Notes: generated by a model from the sequence alone, not told the origin. A stretch of DNA of 55,038 nucleotides from an uncultured Clostridia bacterium (GCA_944393755.1 CALYBF010000001.1:1-55038), one strand, 5' to 3'. Numbered from the stretch's first letter, positions 1 to 8,528 are shown. Numbers and translations are program-made.

Positions 1-63
1 TTTGCAATGCTTTTTTATTTTTATTTTTGCAATACAATTTATTAGTATAGGAGGTAATGCAAA

Positions 64-246
64 ATGGCATTTCAAATAAAACCAAATAGAAAAGAAACAG
101 AAAATAAAACAATAAGATTTCCAATACCATTGATAGAAGATATTGAAAAAGCAATAAGGAATAAAGATGTAACTTTTTCAAGATTTGTAATACAGGCTTG
201 TGAATATGCACTAAATAATTTAGAAGATAAGGAAAAAAATACATAA
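64..246 (+). CDS. small ribbon-helix-helix (Arc/CopG-like) DNA-binding protein
   Basis: 60-aa ORF with a GGAGG Shine-Dalgarno upstream. The N-terminal strand-helix pattern (KTIRFPIPLIEDIEKAI...FSRFVIQACEYAL) is typical of RHH repressors. TTTGCAAT is repeated twice upstream (1-10, 27-36). Family call is by recall only. Confidence 0.45.
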   Translation: MAFQIKPNRKETENKTIRFPIPLIEDIEKAIRNKDVTFSRFVIQACEYALNNLEDKEKNT

Positions 247-497
247 AAATCTTGATTTATATTTGTAGTATTATATTAATATAAATTATGCCTCATAATA
301 TTTTTCAATAAAAAAAATAAAGCACATAAAATTTATAAATAAAATTTTACGTGTTCGCTTGATTTTTGGAATAAAATATAGTATATTTATCCCATAGGAA
401 ATAAGAATAGCAGAGTTGGTTGCCACCTAGCTCTTTGATGTATACATACGTGTTTCCACAACTTTAGTTTGTGAGATTGACAACGGAGGTGGTGTTT

Positions 498-614
498 ATG
501 GTAAATACAATTTTATTAACTATCATCAGACTACTTTTCTTAGGATTAGTAGGTGTAACCATTATAAATTTTGCCTTAGTCATCATCATCACGTACTTAC
601 TACATAGGCAATAA
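498..614 (+). CDS. 38-aa hydrophobic peptide, type I toxin-like (copy 1)
   Basis: ATG 498 lies 5 nt after GGAGGTGG. It translates to MVNTILLTIIRLLFLGLVGVTIINFALVIIITYLLHRQ, below the ORF-track size cutoff. It shares the G-V-T-I-I core and short polar tail with the peptides at 8281..8400 and 8807..8929. Confidence 0.55.
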   Translation: MVNTILLTIIRLLFLGLVGVTIINFALVIIITYLLHRQ

Positions 615-694
615 AGATAATAACCATTCTGCTTTGACGAGGGAATGGTTATTCAATATTTTCTCGGCAACCACTTTGTGGTTTCTTGTTTCCT
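610..694 (-). ncRNA. candidate antitoxin sRNA convergent with the 498..614 peptide gene
   Basis: Minus-strand TTGACT (729..724), 17-nt spacer, TATAAT (706..701). The transcript starts ~AGGAAACAAGAAACCACAAAGTGGTTGCC. Hairpin AATAACCATTC/GAATGGTTATT (653..619) plus a U-tract ends at the toxin stop codon. Ends are approximate. Confidence 0.45.
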
Positions 695-810
695 ATAATT
701 ATTATACATAGATTTTTATTAAAAGTCAAACATTTTGATAAAATTTTCCATACTTTTCATATGATTTTTTACTTCTTAACAATTTTATAATAACAACATT
801 TCTTTAGTTA

Positions 811-1722
811 TTGAAAAACTCCTATAAATATTGTAAAATAAAATTGGTGATAATAGTGAAAGAACAAATATACGAAATAGAAAATTTAGACTCATTTGAA
901 TTAAAAGATATATTCGACTGTGGACAATGTTTTAGGTGGAATATAGAAGAAGATGGAAGTTATACAGGTGTTTTTAAAGGAAATGTCCTTAATGTAAAAA
1001 AACAAGAAAATAAAATAACATTTAAAGGAATATGTAATGGGGATATAAAAGAAATTGTAGAAGATTACTTTGATTTAAAAAGAGACTATAAAAAAATAAA
1101 GGAAACATTAAGCAAAATAGATCCTTTTATGGAAGAGAGTATAAAATATGGAAGTGGAATTAGAATATTAAATCAAGATTTATGGGAAACAATAATATCT
1201 TTTATAATATCTGCAAATAATAATATACCAAGAATAAAAGGTATAATAGAAAGATTATCTAAAAACTATGGAAAAGAAATAGATTACAATGGAAAAAAAT
1301 ACTATACATTTCCAACTGCTGAAGAATTAAAAGATGTAAGTGTAGAAAAATATAGAGAACTAGGTTTAGGTTTTAGAGATATTAGATTGTATGAAACAAC
1401 TAAAATGATATTAGAAAACAAAGTAAATTTAAATGACTTACGAAATAATCCAAATACAATGGAAGTAAGAGAAACACTTTTAACACTATCAGGAGTTGGA
1501 CCAAAAGTTGCTGACTGTATACTACTATTTTCAGACCTAAAAAGATTTGAAGTATTTCCAATAGATGTATGGGTAAGAAGAGTAATGAACGACTTATACA
1601 TAAAAAATGAAGATGAAACAAAAGTAAGCAAAAAACAAATAGAAAAAATAGCAAAAGAAAAATTCGGTAATTTAGCAGGGTTAGCACAACAATATTTATT
1701 TTATTGGAGAAGAGAAGCATAA
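811..1722 (+). CDS. ogg: 8-oxoguanine DNA glycosylase / AP lyase (OGG1-type, HhH-GPD)
   Basis: Motifs DCGQCFRW, SGVGPKVADCILLF and FPIDVWVRR. The ORF-track start at 811 is TTG; the true start may be GTG 847 or 856 (VKEQIYEIENL). Confidence 0.8.
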   Translation: MKNSYKYCKIKLVIIVKEQIYEIENLDSFELKDIFDCGQCFRWNIEEDGSYTGVFKGNVLNVKKQENKITFKGICNGDIKEIVEDYFDLKRDYKKIKETLSKIDPFMEESIKYGSGIRILNQDLWETIISFIISANNNIPRIKGIIERLSKNYGKEIDYNGKKYYTFPTAEELKDVSVEKYRELGLGFRDIRLYETTKMILENKVNLNDLRNNPNTMEVRETLLTLSGVGPKVADCILLFSDLKRFEVFPIDVWVRRVMNDLYIKNEDETKVSKKQIEKIAKEKFGNLAGLAQQYLFYWRREA

Positions 1723-1724
1723 AG

Positions 1725-1748
1725 AAGATAAGTAAAGCTTATCTTTTT
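1725..1748 (+). terminator. intrinsic terminator after ogg
   Basis: AAGATAAG-taaag-CTTATCTT followed by a T-run. Confidence 0.6.
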
Positions 1749-1888
1749 CGTAAAATGTGATTTTTGCCTCTTAAAAGTTTTCTAAAAATGTGAAAACCGT
1801 AAACCATAATGTTTCTAAAAATGTGATAAACTTACACCAAACTCTTTATAAAAATGTAGAACATCAGTATTTTCTAAAAGTATATAAT
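1749..1888. repeat. 4-5 direct repeats of T(C/A)TAAAAATGTGA-like motif with 33-nt periodicity
   Basis: AAAATGTGA at ~1752, 1785 and 1818, AAAATGTAGA at ~1851, and a weaker TTCTAAAAGTATA at ~1871. Spacing is 33 nt for the first four. Confidence 0.5.
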
Positions 1889-1946
1889 TTATATATTACG
1901 TTAATTATTTTTTATTATTTCTCTGTTAATAAAAAATAAAGTATAA

Positions 1947-2047
1947 GCAAGTTTTTAGATTAAGTGGTTTTTCGTAGGGAATAAAAAGGGTAGAAAAACC
2001 ACTGGTAAGCGTAAGCTTAAATCTAAAAACTTGCTCTTTTTCCCTAC
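1947..2047. repeat. nested imperfect palindrome / structured element
   Basis: GCAAGTTTTTAGATTAAG (1947..1964) pairs with CTTAAATCTAAAAACTTGC (2016..2034). The inner GTGGTTTTT pairs with AAAAACCAC. GTAGGGAATAAAAAG (1974..1988) can alternatively pair with CTTTTTCCCTAC (2036..2047). Confidence 0.5.
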
Positions 2048-2049
2048 TA

Positions 2050-2095
2050 GATGTGTCCCAAATGCGACTTTTTAGTCGCAAAAGAAACGTCCCTA
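2050..2095 (-). repeat. conserved 3'-flank element, copy 1 (contains the stop codon of the YitT-like gene)
   Basis: Minus sense is TAGGGACGTTTCTTTT-[GCGAC..GTCGC hairpin]-ATTTGGGACACATC. It has the same ends as 21147..21191 but a compensatory different central hairpin. Confidence 0.55.
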
Positions 2096-2965
2096 TTTAA
2101 ACCCTTGCCCGACAACTTCTCTAGAATTAGTAATAATAATAAAACTACGAGGATCTATTTTTCTAGAAATAATCTTAATTCTTGCAACCTCACGTCTAGG
2201 AGCAACACACATAAGCACTAACTTTTGTTTATGAGTATACATACCTTTACCATAAAGCCCAGTAGCACCTCTTTCTACTTTTTCTTCAATCTCTTTTGCA
2301 ATTATTTCACTCTTATCTGAAATAATAATAATTAACTTTGTAAAATCAATACCCTCAAAAAGAATATCAATAACCTTTCCCATAAGATAAATGGCAATAG
2401 CAGAATATAAACCAATTTCAATTTCTCTAAAAGCAATCATATTTAAAGTAACAATAACAATATCAATAATTACAATAATATTACCAGACTGAAGAGCAGG
2501 CTTATATTTTTTAGCAATATAACTGACTAAATCACTACCACCAGTAGAAGAATTAGACTTTAACAAAATAGCAGTACCAATACCTAAAATAATACCACCA
2601 TAAACACAAGCTAAAAATCTGTCATTTGTTAGAGGCTTAAACCTATCTAAAAAGTCAATAAAAAAGGATAAACTCGCAGTACCAATTAAGGTTTTAACAA
2701 AAAAATACTTACCAATTTTAAAAATAGCAAGAGCAAATAAAGGAATATTTACAATTAAAATCATAGTACCCATTGGTATATTTAATAGATAATACGTAAT
2801 AGTTGCAATACCAGAAACACCACCAGAAGATAACTGATTAGGAAGTAAAAATAAAGAAACACCAATTGCCATAACTAAAGCACCTAATATACTTCCTAAT
2901 ATTTCTAAAATAGCCCTTCTTATTCTTTCATTTTTTTCTATATTTTTTTCATTTACAATATCCAT
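2093..2965 (-). CDS. YitT-family membrane protein (DUF2179 C-terminal domain)
   Basis: Multi-TM N-terminal part with SSGGVSGIATI and NIPLF motifs, and a soluble C-terminal domain typical of the YitT/YqfU family. Confidence 0.7.
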   Translation of the reverse strand: MDIVNEKNIEKNERIRRAILEILGSILGALVMAIGVSLFLLPNQLSSGGVSGIATITYYLLNIPMGTMILIVNIPLFALAIFKIGKYFFVKTLIGTASLSFFIDFLDRFKPLTNDRFLACVYGGIILGIGTAILLKSNSSTGGSDLVSYIAKKYKPALQSGNIIVIIDIVIVTLNMIAFREIEIGLYSAIAIYLMGKVIDILFEGIDFTKLIIIISDKSEIIAKEIEEKVERGATGLYGKGMYTHKQKLVLMCVAPRREVARIKIISRKIDPRSFIIITNSREVVGQGFK

Positions 2966-3043
2966 AAAAAATCACCTTTATTTTATTATTGGTAAAATAT
3001 AGGTGATTTATACTTTTTATATTTTTATTGTATTACATTATTT

Positions 3044-4093
3044 TTAATCTGTATACGTTTTAGTAACTTCTATTTTAGATTTACCTTGTTTCATTTTTTC
3101 ATCTTGTTTTAAAACTAAATCAACATCATATGTATCTTTTAATTTTAATACATTTTCCTTTTTATGACCAATTACATTATTTGCGTCTATTGGGTTTACA
3201 GTTACCTCTACTTCTTTTACTTTAACATTTAATTTTTTAATTTTCCCAACTATTGCATCATACCACATAGCAGACTCAACTAGCTGTCTTAAAGCTGGGT
3301 GAAAAGGACCTGCAACTACTTCACTATTCTTACTTCCTGGTTCTGATATTTCATCTGTTGTTTGAAGTCCAATTCTTATTACATCTATTTTTTTATCTGT
3401 GAACATTCTAACTAAATCTTTACAAACTTCTACTGTTTGTACAACAGATAATGGCTTATATTTTCCTTCTTCATATTCCTTTTCAAGTTTTGTATTTTTT
3501 ATAACTAGAGTTGGATAAATTCTTACCATTTTAGGTTTTAATTTTATTAGTTGTTTTGCTGTATTTATTTCATCTAATCTAGTACTTTCAGGAAGCCCAA
3601 CCATCATTTGGTGTCCTAATTTAAAGCCATACCACCTAATCATTTTAGACGCTTTTTTTACGTCTTCAAAAGTATGTCCTCTATTTATTCTATTTAAAAT
3701 ATAATTATTAGCTGATTGAACACCAAGTTCTATTGTTTTTACACCATATTTTTTAAGTCTTTTTAAGATTTCTTTATTAATAGCATCTGGTCTTGTTGAA
3801 ATTCTAATACTATCAACATCTTTAGACTTTACATATTCATATGCTACTTTCAATAACTCTTCTTGTTTTTCTTCCTTTATAGCCGTAAAACTTCCACCAA
3901 AAAATGCGATTTCTATTTTAACACTTTCATTTTCTTTTCTTATACTTTCTAGGTAATTATCTATTATTTCTTTTGCTTTTTCTTTTGTCATTTCTTTTTT
4001 TTGACCACTTATAGATTTTTGATTGCAAAATATACAATCATTTGGACATCCTAAATGTGGTACAAATATTGGTATTATACAATGTTTTTCCAT
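3044..4093 (-). CDS. radical SAM protein, ELP3-like (no GNAT domain)
   Basis: CPNDCIFCN cluster (CxxxCxxC) near the N-terminus, TIM-barrel radical SAM core. It lies immediately downstream of rnc, as is common in Clostridia. Confidence 0.75.
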   Translation of the reverse strand: MEKHCIIPIFVPHLGCPNDCIFCNQKSISGQKKEMTKEKAKEIIDNYLESIRKENESVKIEIAFFGGSFTAIKEEKQEELLKVAYEYVKSKDVDSIRISTRPDAINKEILKRLKKYGVKTIELGVQSANNYILNRINRGHTFEDVKKASKMIRWYGFKLGHQMMVGLPESTRLDEINTAKQLIKLKPKMVRIYPTLVIKNTKLEKEYEEGKYKPLSVVQTVEVCKDLVRMFTDKKIDVIRIGLQTTDEISEPGSKNSEVVAGPFHPALRQLVESAMWYDAIVGKIKKLNVKVKEVEVTVNPIDANNVIGHKKENVLKLKDTYDVDLVLKQDEKMKQGKSKIEVTKTYTD

Positions 4094-4107
4094 AGATTAC
4101 CTCTTTT

Positions 4108-4782
4108 CTAATTTAAATTTTCTAAGGCAAGTTTTGCCGCTCTCATTTGTGCTTCTTTTTTGCTTTTCCCCTTTCCTTTTGCTAAGAATTTTCCATTTAC
4201 TTCTACTTCTACAATAAAGCTTTTATCGTGATCTGGTCCACTTTCTCCTATTGTCTTATACTCTATCTTTACATCTCCATTTTCTTGTAACTTTTCTTGT
4301 AATACTGTTTTATAATCTTTATCTCCTACGTGTTTTGTTGCTTCTCTAATTTCTTCTTTTAAATTTTCTACAATAAATTTTTCGGCTTCCTCTAACCCAC
4401 CATCTAAATATATTGCAGCTATCATTGCTTCTACACTATCTTCTAAAATTGCTGGTCTATTTTCTCCATTTGCTTTTTGTTCTGACTTTCCTAAATATAA
4501 GAAATCACTAAAATTATGCAATTTTGCAACTTTAGATAAACTTCTTCCACAAACTACTGTTGCTCTAACTTTAGTCATTTCTCCTTCTGTTAAATATTTA
4601 TAATTATTATAAATATATTTGCTTGATAAAAACTCTAATATACTATCACCTAAAAATTCTAGCTTTTCATTGCTTTCTAAATTTCTTTCATTTGCGTATG
4701 ATGTGTGTCTTAAAGCTTTTTTTAATAATTCTTTATCTTTAAAAGTATAACCAATGTTTTTTTCTAACACACTTAAGTCCAT
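4108..4782 (-). CDS. rnc: ribonuclease III
   Basis: Signature EKLEFLGDSILEF and a C-terminal dsRBD (GPDHDKSF...GKGKSKKEAQMRAAKLAL). Confidence 0.95.
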   Translation of the reverse strand: MDLSVLEKNIGYTFKDKELLKKALRHTSYANERNLESNEKLEFLGDSILEFLSSKYIYNNYKYLTEGEMTKVRATVVCGRSLSKVAKLHNFSDFLYLGKSEQKANGENRPAILEDSVEAMIAAIYLDGGLEEAEKFIVENLKEEIREATKHVGDKDYKTVLQEKLQENGDVKIEYKTIGESGPDHDKSFIVEVEVNGKFLAKGKGKSKKEAQMRAAKLALENLN

Positions 4783-4958
4783 TTTTTCACCTTCTTTCGA
4801 TTTATTAATACATATAATATTATATACTATTTTAGAAATTTTTCAAGAAAAATAGTAATTTTTTCTAATATGATGTTTTTTATCAAAAAGTGTGGACAAG
4901 TCGTGTTTGTTATTATATAATAAATGTGTATTATTTTATAAAGAAAGAGAGTAAAGCT

Positions 4959-6383
4959 ATGTTAGATGATAAAAATTCTTTTAACTATGATAATAGAAAT
5001 TTATCTGATGTCTTTAGAGAGCTTCAGGAAATAAAAAATAACCCTCAAGCTCAACAAGCATATGTAAAACAAGCAAAAAAGACAAAAAAACCTAAAGTCA
5101 AAGTAAATAATTTTAATAGTAATAAGAAGCAAAAATCTTCTAATTCCTTTGCTTTTAATTTCCATACAAAAGATAAGAAGATTAAGACAAATGATTTAAC
5201 ATTATCAAATATTTTAACAGGTTGTGGAATTTTAGTTGTTTCTATGGCTTTGTTTTTCCCAAAAGATTTAGCTTTTGCTCAAAGTTATGCAAGTACAGAA
5301 ACATCTAAAACTGTTGAAGCTTATGAATTAAACCGCCACAGATTAAATATGCAAAGCATTATTTCTGAAAATGCTGGTATGAATAGAGTTAAAGAACAAG
5401 TAACAGAAGAACGTGATGTTGAGTTTGAAACTACATATAATGATAATGCTTCTTTACCAAAAGGTGAAGAAATAACTGAACAAGAAGGAGTTTTAGGTAA
5501 AGATAGTCTTACAGTTATTAAAACATATGAAAATGGTAATTTTGTAGAAGAAACTATATTATCAAGAACTAATTTAGTTGCACCTACTCCAAAAATCATT
5601 TCACGTGGTACTTCTGAATTCTTGGCAAAACACAAAGTACATATCGGAGATGTAATGTATCTTGTTAAAGCTGATAAATTAAAAGCCGAAGCAAATGATA
5701 CTTCAAATGATGTTGCAGAAGTTAAAGAAAGTATAGATGTTAAATTACTAGAACTTCCTTCTGAAGAGTGGGCTAAAGTTTCTTTTGACGGAGTTGAAGG
5801 TTATATAAAAACTTCTAATTTAACTTCACCTACAACTACACCAAATATTGTAGAGAAAAACAGAATTCAAAGAATTCTTCTAAAAGTTAATATTGGTATG
5901 GCATTAAACAAATCATCTGACTTAACTTTAAATGATTATAAAAAGATATTTACAAATATACCAAATGATAGAAATAAGATTTTCCAAGATAATTACCAAG
6001 TATTTTACAATATGGATAAAAAATATAATATAAATGGTATCTTCTTAGCATCAATTGCAATTCACGAAAGTGGCTGGGGAACTTCTAATATTGCAAATGA
6101 TAAAAACAATTTATTTGGATATGGTGCTTATGATGAATCACCTTATGAATCTTCACAAGATTTTACAAGCTATGCAGACGGTATAGAAACAGTTGCAAAA
6201 TCTTTGGTTAAATATTACCTAAACCCTGCTGGTACTAAAATTTATGGTGGAGAAACAGCAGAAGGTTGGTATTATAATGGACCTACTGTAGAAGGTGTTA
6301 ACACAAGATATGCTTCAGATGATTCTTGGCATACTAAGGTTTATAGCTATATGGAAATGTTATATAAAAGACTAGATTCTTAA
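4959..6383 (+). CDS. secreted/membrane-anchored peptidoglycan hydrolase: G5-like + SH3b-like + GH73 N-acetylglucosaminidase domains
   Basis: C-terminal IHESGWGTSNIANDKNNLFGYGAYD (GH73) and one TM segment (LSNILTGCGILVVSMALFF). The ATG at 4959 (MLDDKN) has an AAGAGAG-type RBS. The track start at 4890 is GTG without an RBS. Confidence 0.7.
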   Translation: MLDDKNSFNYDNRNLSDVFRELQEIKNNPQAQQAYVKQAKKTKKPKVKVNNFNSNKKQKSSNSFAFNFHTKDKKIKTNDLTLSNILTGCGILVVSMALFFPKDLAFAQSYASTETSKTVEAYELNRHRLNMQSIISENAGMNRVKEQVTEERDVEFETTYNDNASLPKGEEITEQEGVLGKDSLTVIKTYENGNFVEETILSRTNLVAPTPKIISRGTSEFLAKHKVHIGDVMYLVKADKLKAEANDTSNDVAEVKESIDVKLLELPSEEWAKVSFDGVEGYIKTSNLTSPTTTPNIVEKNRIQRILLKVNIGMALNKSSDLTLNDYKKIFTNIPNDRNKIFQDNYQVFYNMDKKYNINGIFLASIAIHESGWGTSNIANDKNNLFGYGAYDESPYESSQDFTSYADGIETVAKSLVKYYLNPAGTKIYGGETAEGWYYNGPTVEGVNTRYASDDSWHTKVYSYMEMLYKRLDS

Positions 6384-6408
6384 AACCTAGTTTTACACAA
6401 AAGAAAGG

Positions 6409-7248
6409 ATGAACTTTATGGGAAATTCTAAAATTAAAATTAAAAATGTAAAACTTGCTTTTGTTATTTTAATAATTTTTGCTATTGTGTTATTAATACT
6501 TTATTATAATTTTGTTTTTACACCTGCTTTTTCAAAAAACAATTTTGCAAATCAGATGACTGAAATAGCAGAAGAAAATGAAGAGCCTATTTTCTCAGTG
6601 CAAAAAATAGTAATTTATAGCAGTGCAAATGCGGTTGATAATTCTGAAAATCAATCTTTAAGTAATATGTCTATTTCACAATATAGTGATATTTCTATTT
6701 TTATAAATAATGGTGAGACAATTACTGATTTAACTGATGAAAATACTGTTAAAGAATTATATATTGATGACATTTCGATTGATATAAAATCTGAAAATGG
6801 TACAAAATTATTAAATTATAAGAACCCTTTAAATTTTGGTAAATATAAGGACATTGTAGCTCCTGAAAATGGTAGAATTGATTTTAAGATTGTTAATACT
6901 AATGAACAAAGTGAAAATAATAATTATGATGAACCTACTTTTTATACCGATTGCTCAAACCCTATTTCATTAGGTTTTTTGAATAAAGATTTATTAACGA
7001 ATTACTCTGTCTCTTCTGATAGTAATACAATTTCTTTTAACGGAAAAGTTTTACAAGAGGCTGGTGTTAATTTAGAAGACTTAAATTGTACTTTAACTTT
7101 TACAATTCACATTGTAAATAATTTAAATGAGAAATTTTCATACAATATGAATTTAAATGTAGACCTTAATGGAATTTATGATGGATATACATATAAAGGA
7201 AGCAACACTTCTGGTTCTGAATATTATTTCTTTAAAGAATTAAATTAG
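6409..7248 (+). CDS. hypothetical N-terminally anchored protein (paralog of 46164..46934)
   Basis: Single N-terminal TM, then an Asn/Ser-rich beta-type ectodomain. It is collinear with the 256-aa protein at 46164..46934 (FSVQKIVIYSS vs FEVTKITLISS; NLEDLNCTLTFTI vs NEEDLKSKLTFDL). Confidence 0.6.
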   Translation: MNFMGNSKIKIKNVKLAFVILIIFAIVLLILYYNFVFTPAFSKNNFANQMTEIAEENEEPIFSVQKIVIYSSANAVDNSENQSLSNMSISQYSDISIFINNGETITDLTDENTVKELYIDDISIDIKSENGTKLLNYKNPLNFGKYKDIVAPENGRIDFKIVNTNEQSENNNYDEPTFYTDCSNPISLGFLNKDLLTNYSVSSDSNTISFNGKVLQEAGVNLEDLNCTLTFTIHIVNNLNEKFSYNMNLNVDLNGIYDGYTYKGSNTSGSEYYFFKELN

Positions 7249-7250
7249 TT

Positions 7251-7284
7251 AAAACAAGCCCTGGTAGTAACCAGAGCTTGTTTT
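7251..7284. terminator. bidirectional intrinsic terminator between convergent genes
   Basis: AAAACAAGCCCTGG-tagtaa-CCAGAGCTTGTTTT. Confidence 0.75.
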
Positions 7285-7293
7285 GTAGTAGCT

Positions 7294-8046
7294 TTATGGA
7301 ATATAGAGTGCAACCCTAAACCCTATATAAGGGTCTTTTCTATAGATTGCACGCGAAGTTCTATCAGCAACTGGTTTTCTTTCTCTTGGTGTAACCTTTG
7401 TTCCACCTCTTACCACTGCCAACAATTGTTTAGAGTTTACTCTTTCCTGTGTCCACTCTGCCGTACTTCCAGCAATATCAAAGATATTATTCTCGCTTAA
7501 TATCCTACTATTTGGTAGCGTAATATCTTCAATAGACACAGCTCCTGTCGCAAGAAGCCACTGGAGCATTGTATCATATTCTGCTCCATAAACTAGGTGG
7601 CTTCTTATAGCAGAACCTTCTTCAAAGTGTTCCGCTATTTCCGTTGCACAGTTGAAATCAACATATGTCCAAGGCTTTCTTCCTTCTAGTGATTGTGGTT
7701 TAGCAAAAATGCTTTTTGAAATCTGGTATGTGGAGATATAAAAACCCCCATATTCTCTTACACTATGGAATTGATTCCATATTTCTTGTTTTATAGGCTC
7801 TTCTCCCAACTTTTCATCTTTACCAAACCACTTTCTTCTTCCAAGTCGTTGATCAAACTTTATTCCATCAAATGTTCCGTTATCCTTCAGGCAACTTACA
7901 GGTACAAATGTAAAAAGACTTCCATCTGAAATTCTTTCAATTACATACCCTTCGTTCCACTCTCCATATGCATGCCTATATCCCTTAGGAATTACAGGTT
8001 CTACATATTTCTCTGAATAATAACTTCCTACTACATTCCGACTCAT
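7294..8046 (-). CDS. FGE-sulfatase (SUMF1/DUF323) domain protein
   Basis: C-terminal GFRVAL and internal AEWTQ / RGG motifs typical of formylglycine-generating-enzyme-like folds. Strong AAAGGAGAAG RBS. G+C is about 40% in hand-counted lines versus about 20-28% for neighbours. It contains the only in-frame CGG in an uninterrupted ORF (8040..8038). Confidence 0.65.
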   Translation of the reverse strand: MSRNVVGSYYSEKYVEPVIPKGYRHAYGEWNEGYVIERISDGSLFTFVPVSCLKDNGTFDGIKFDQRLGRRKWFGKDEKLGEEPIKQEIWNQFHSVREYGGFYISTYQISKSIFAKPQSLEGRKPWTYVDFNCATEIAEHFEEGSAIRSHLVYGAEYDTMLQWLLATGAVSIEDITLPNSRILSENNIFDIAGSTAEWTQERVNSKQLLAVVRGGTKVTPRERKPVADRTSRAIYRKDPYIGFRVALYIP

Positions 8047-8183
8047 AATCTTCTCCTTTGATCTTTACGTCGGATAATACAAATATAGCAACCGCTATAA
8101 TATTTATTTTACCATATTTTATGTGAATTTTCAAATTTTAAAAATTTATTGACTTTTTCTATAAATCTGTGTATAATAAGTAT

Positions 8184-8274
8184 AGGAAATGGAGAAACCA
8201 CAAACGTGGTTTGCCTCGTTTATAATATGTAAAACACATCTAAACGGTGCAAATGTTACAGATGTGTTTTTTTA
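8184..8274 (+). ncRNA. candidate antitoxin sRNA (copy 2)
   Basis: TTGACT (8149..8154), 17 nt, TATAAT (8172..8177) with an upstream TG. RNA is ~AGGAAATGGAGAAACCACAAACGTGGTTTGCCTCG. Terminator AAAACACATCT/AGATGTGTTTT plus a T-run ends at ~8274, abutting the toxin stop codon at 8281. Confidence 0.5.
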
Positions 8275-8280
8275 TTGGTT

Positions 8281-8400
8281 TTATTGTTTGCTAATAATTA
8301 CAACTAATGCTATAACTAAGGCAAACGCAATGATAGTTACTGATACAAGACCAGCAAAAAATAATTTTACTATTAATAATAATGCTTCTATTTCTACCAT
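8281..8400 (-). CDS. 39-aa hydrophobic peptide, type I toxin-like (copy 2)
   Basis: ATG at 8400 after AAGGAGGTGAGGCGT. It translates to MVEIEALLLIVKLFFAGLVSVTIIAFALVIALVVIISKQ. The leader has GCCTCC, which can sequester the SD. The longer 8281..8490 track ORF is an in-frame upstream extension without an RBS. Confidence 0.55.
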   Translation of the reverse strand: MVEIEALLLIVKLFFAGLVSVTIIAFALVIALVVIISKQ

Positions 8401-8528
8401 ACGCCTCACCTCCTTGTTGGAGGCAAACCACATCTGCTTATTCTCATTTCCTATGTTTATAAGTATATAATATTTTTTTAGAAAAAACAAGCAAATATGT
8501 AAAATTTTATTTATTGATATTATTTAAT

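Noticed and set aside
811-6383. N-terminal extensions given by the ORF track (811 TTG for ogg, 4890 GTG for the glucosaminidase, 38369 for the SASP, 44382 for ybaB, 49120 for ttcA, 24112 for pcrA, 26257 for the ATPase).
   Set aside because: Internal ATG or TTG starts have properly spaced Shine-Dalgarno sequences and match the conserved N-termini of the families. The extensions lack an RBS or overlap upstream genes.
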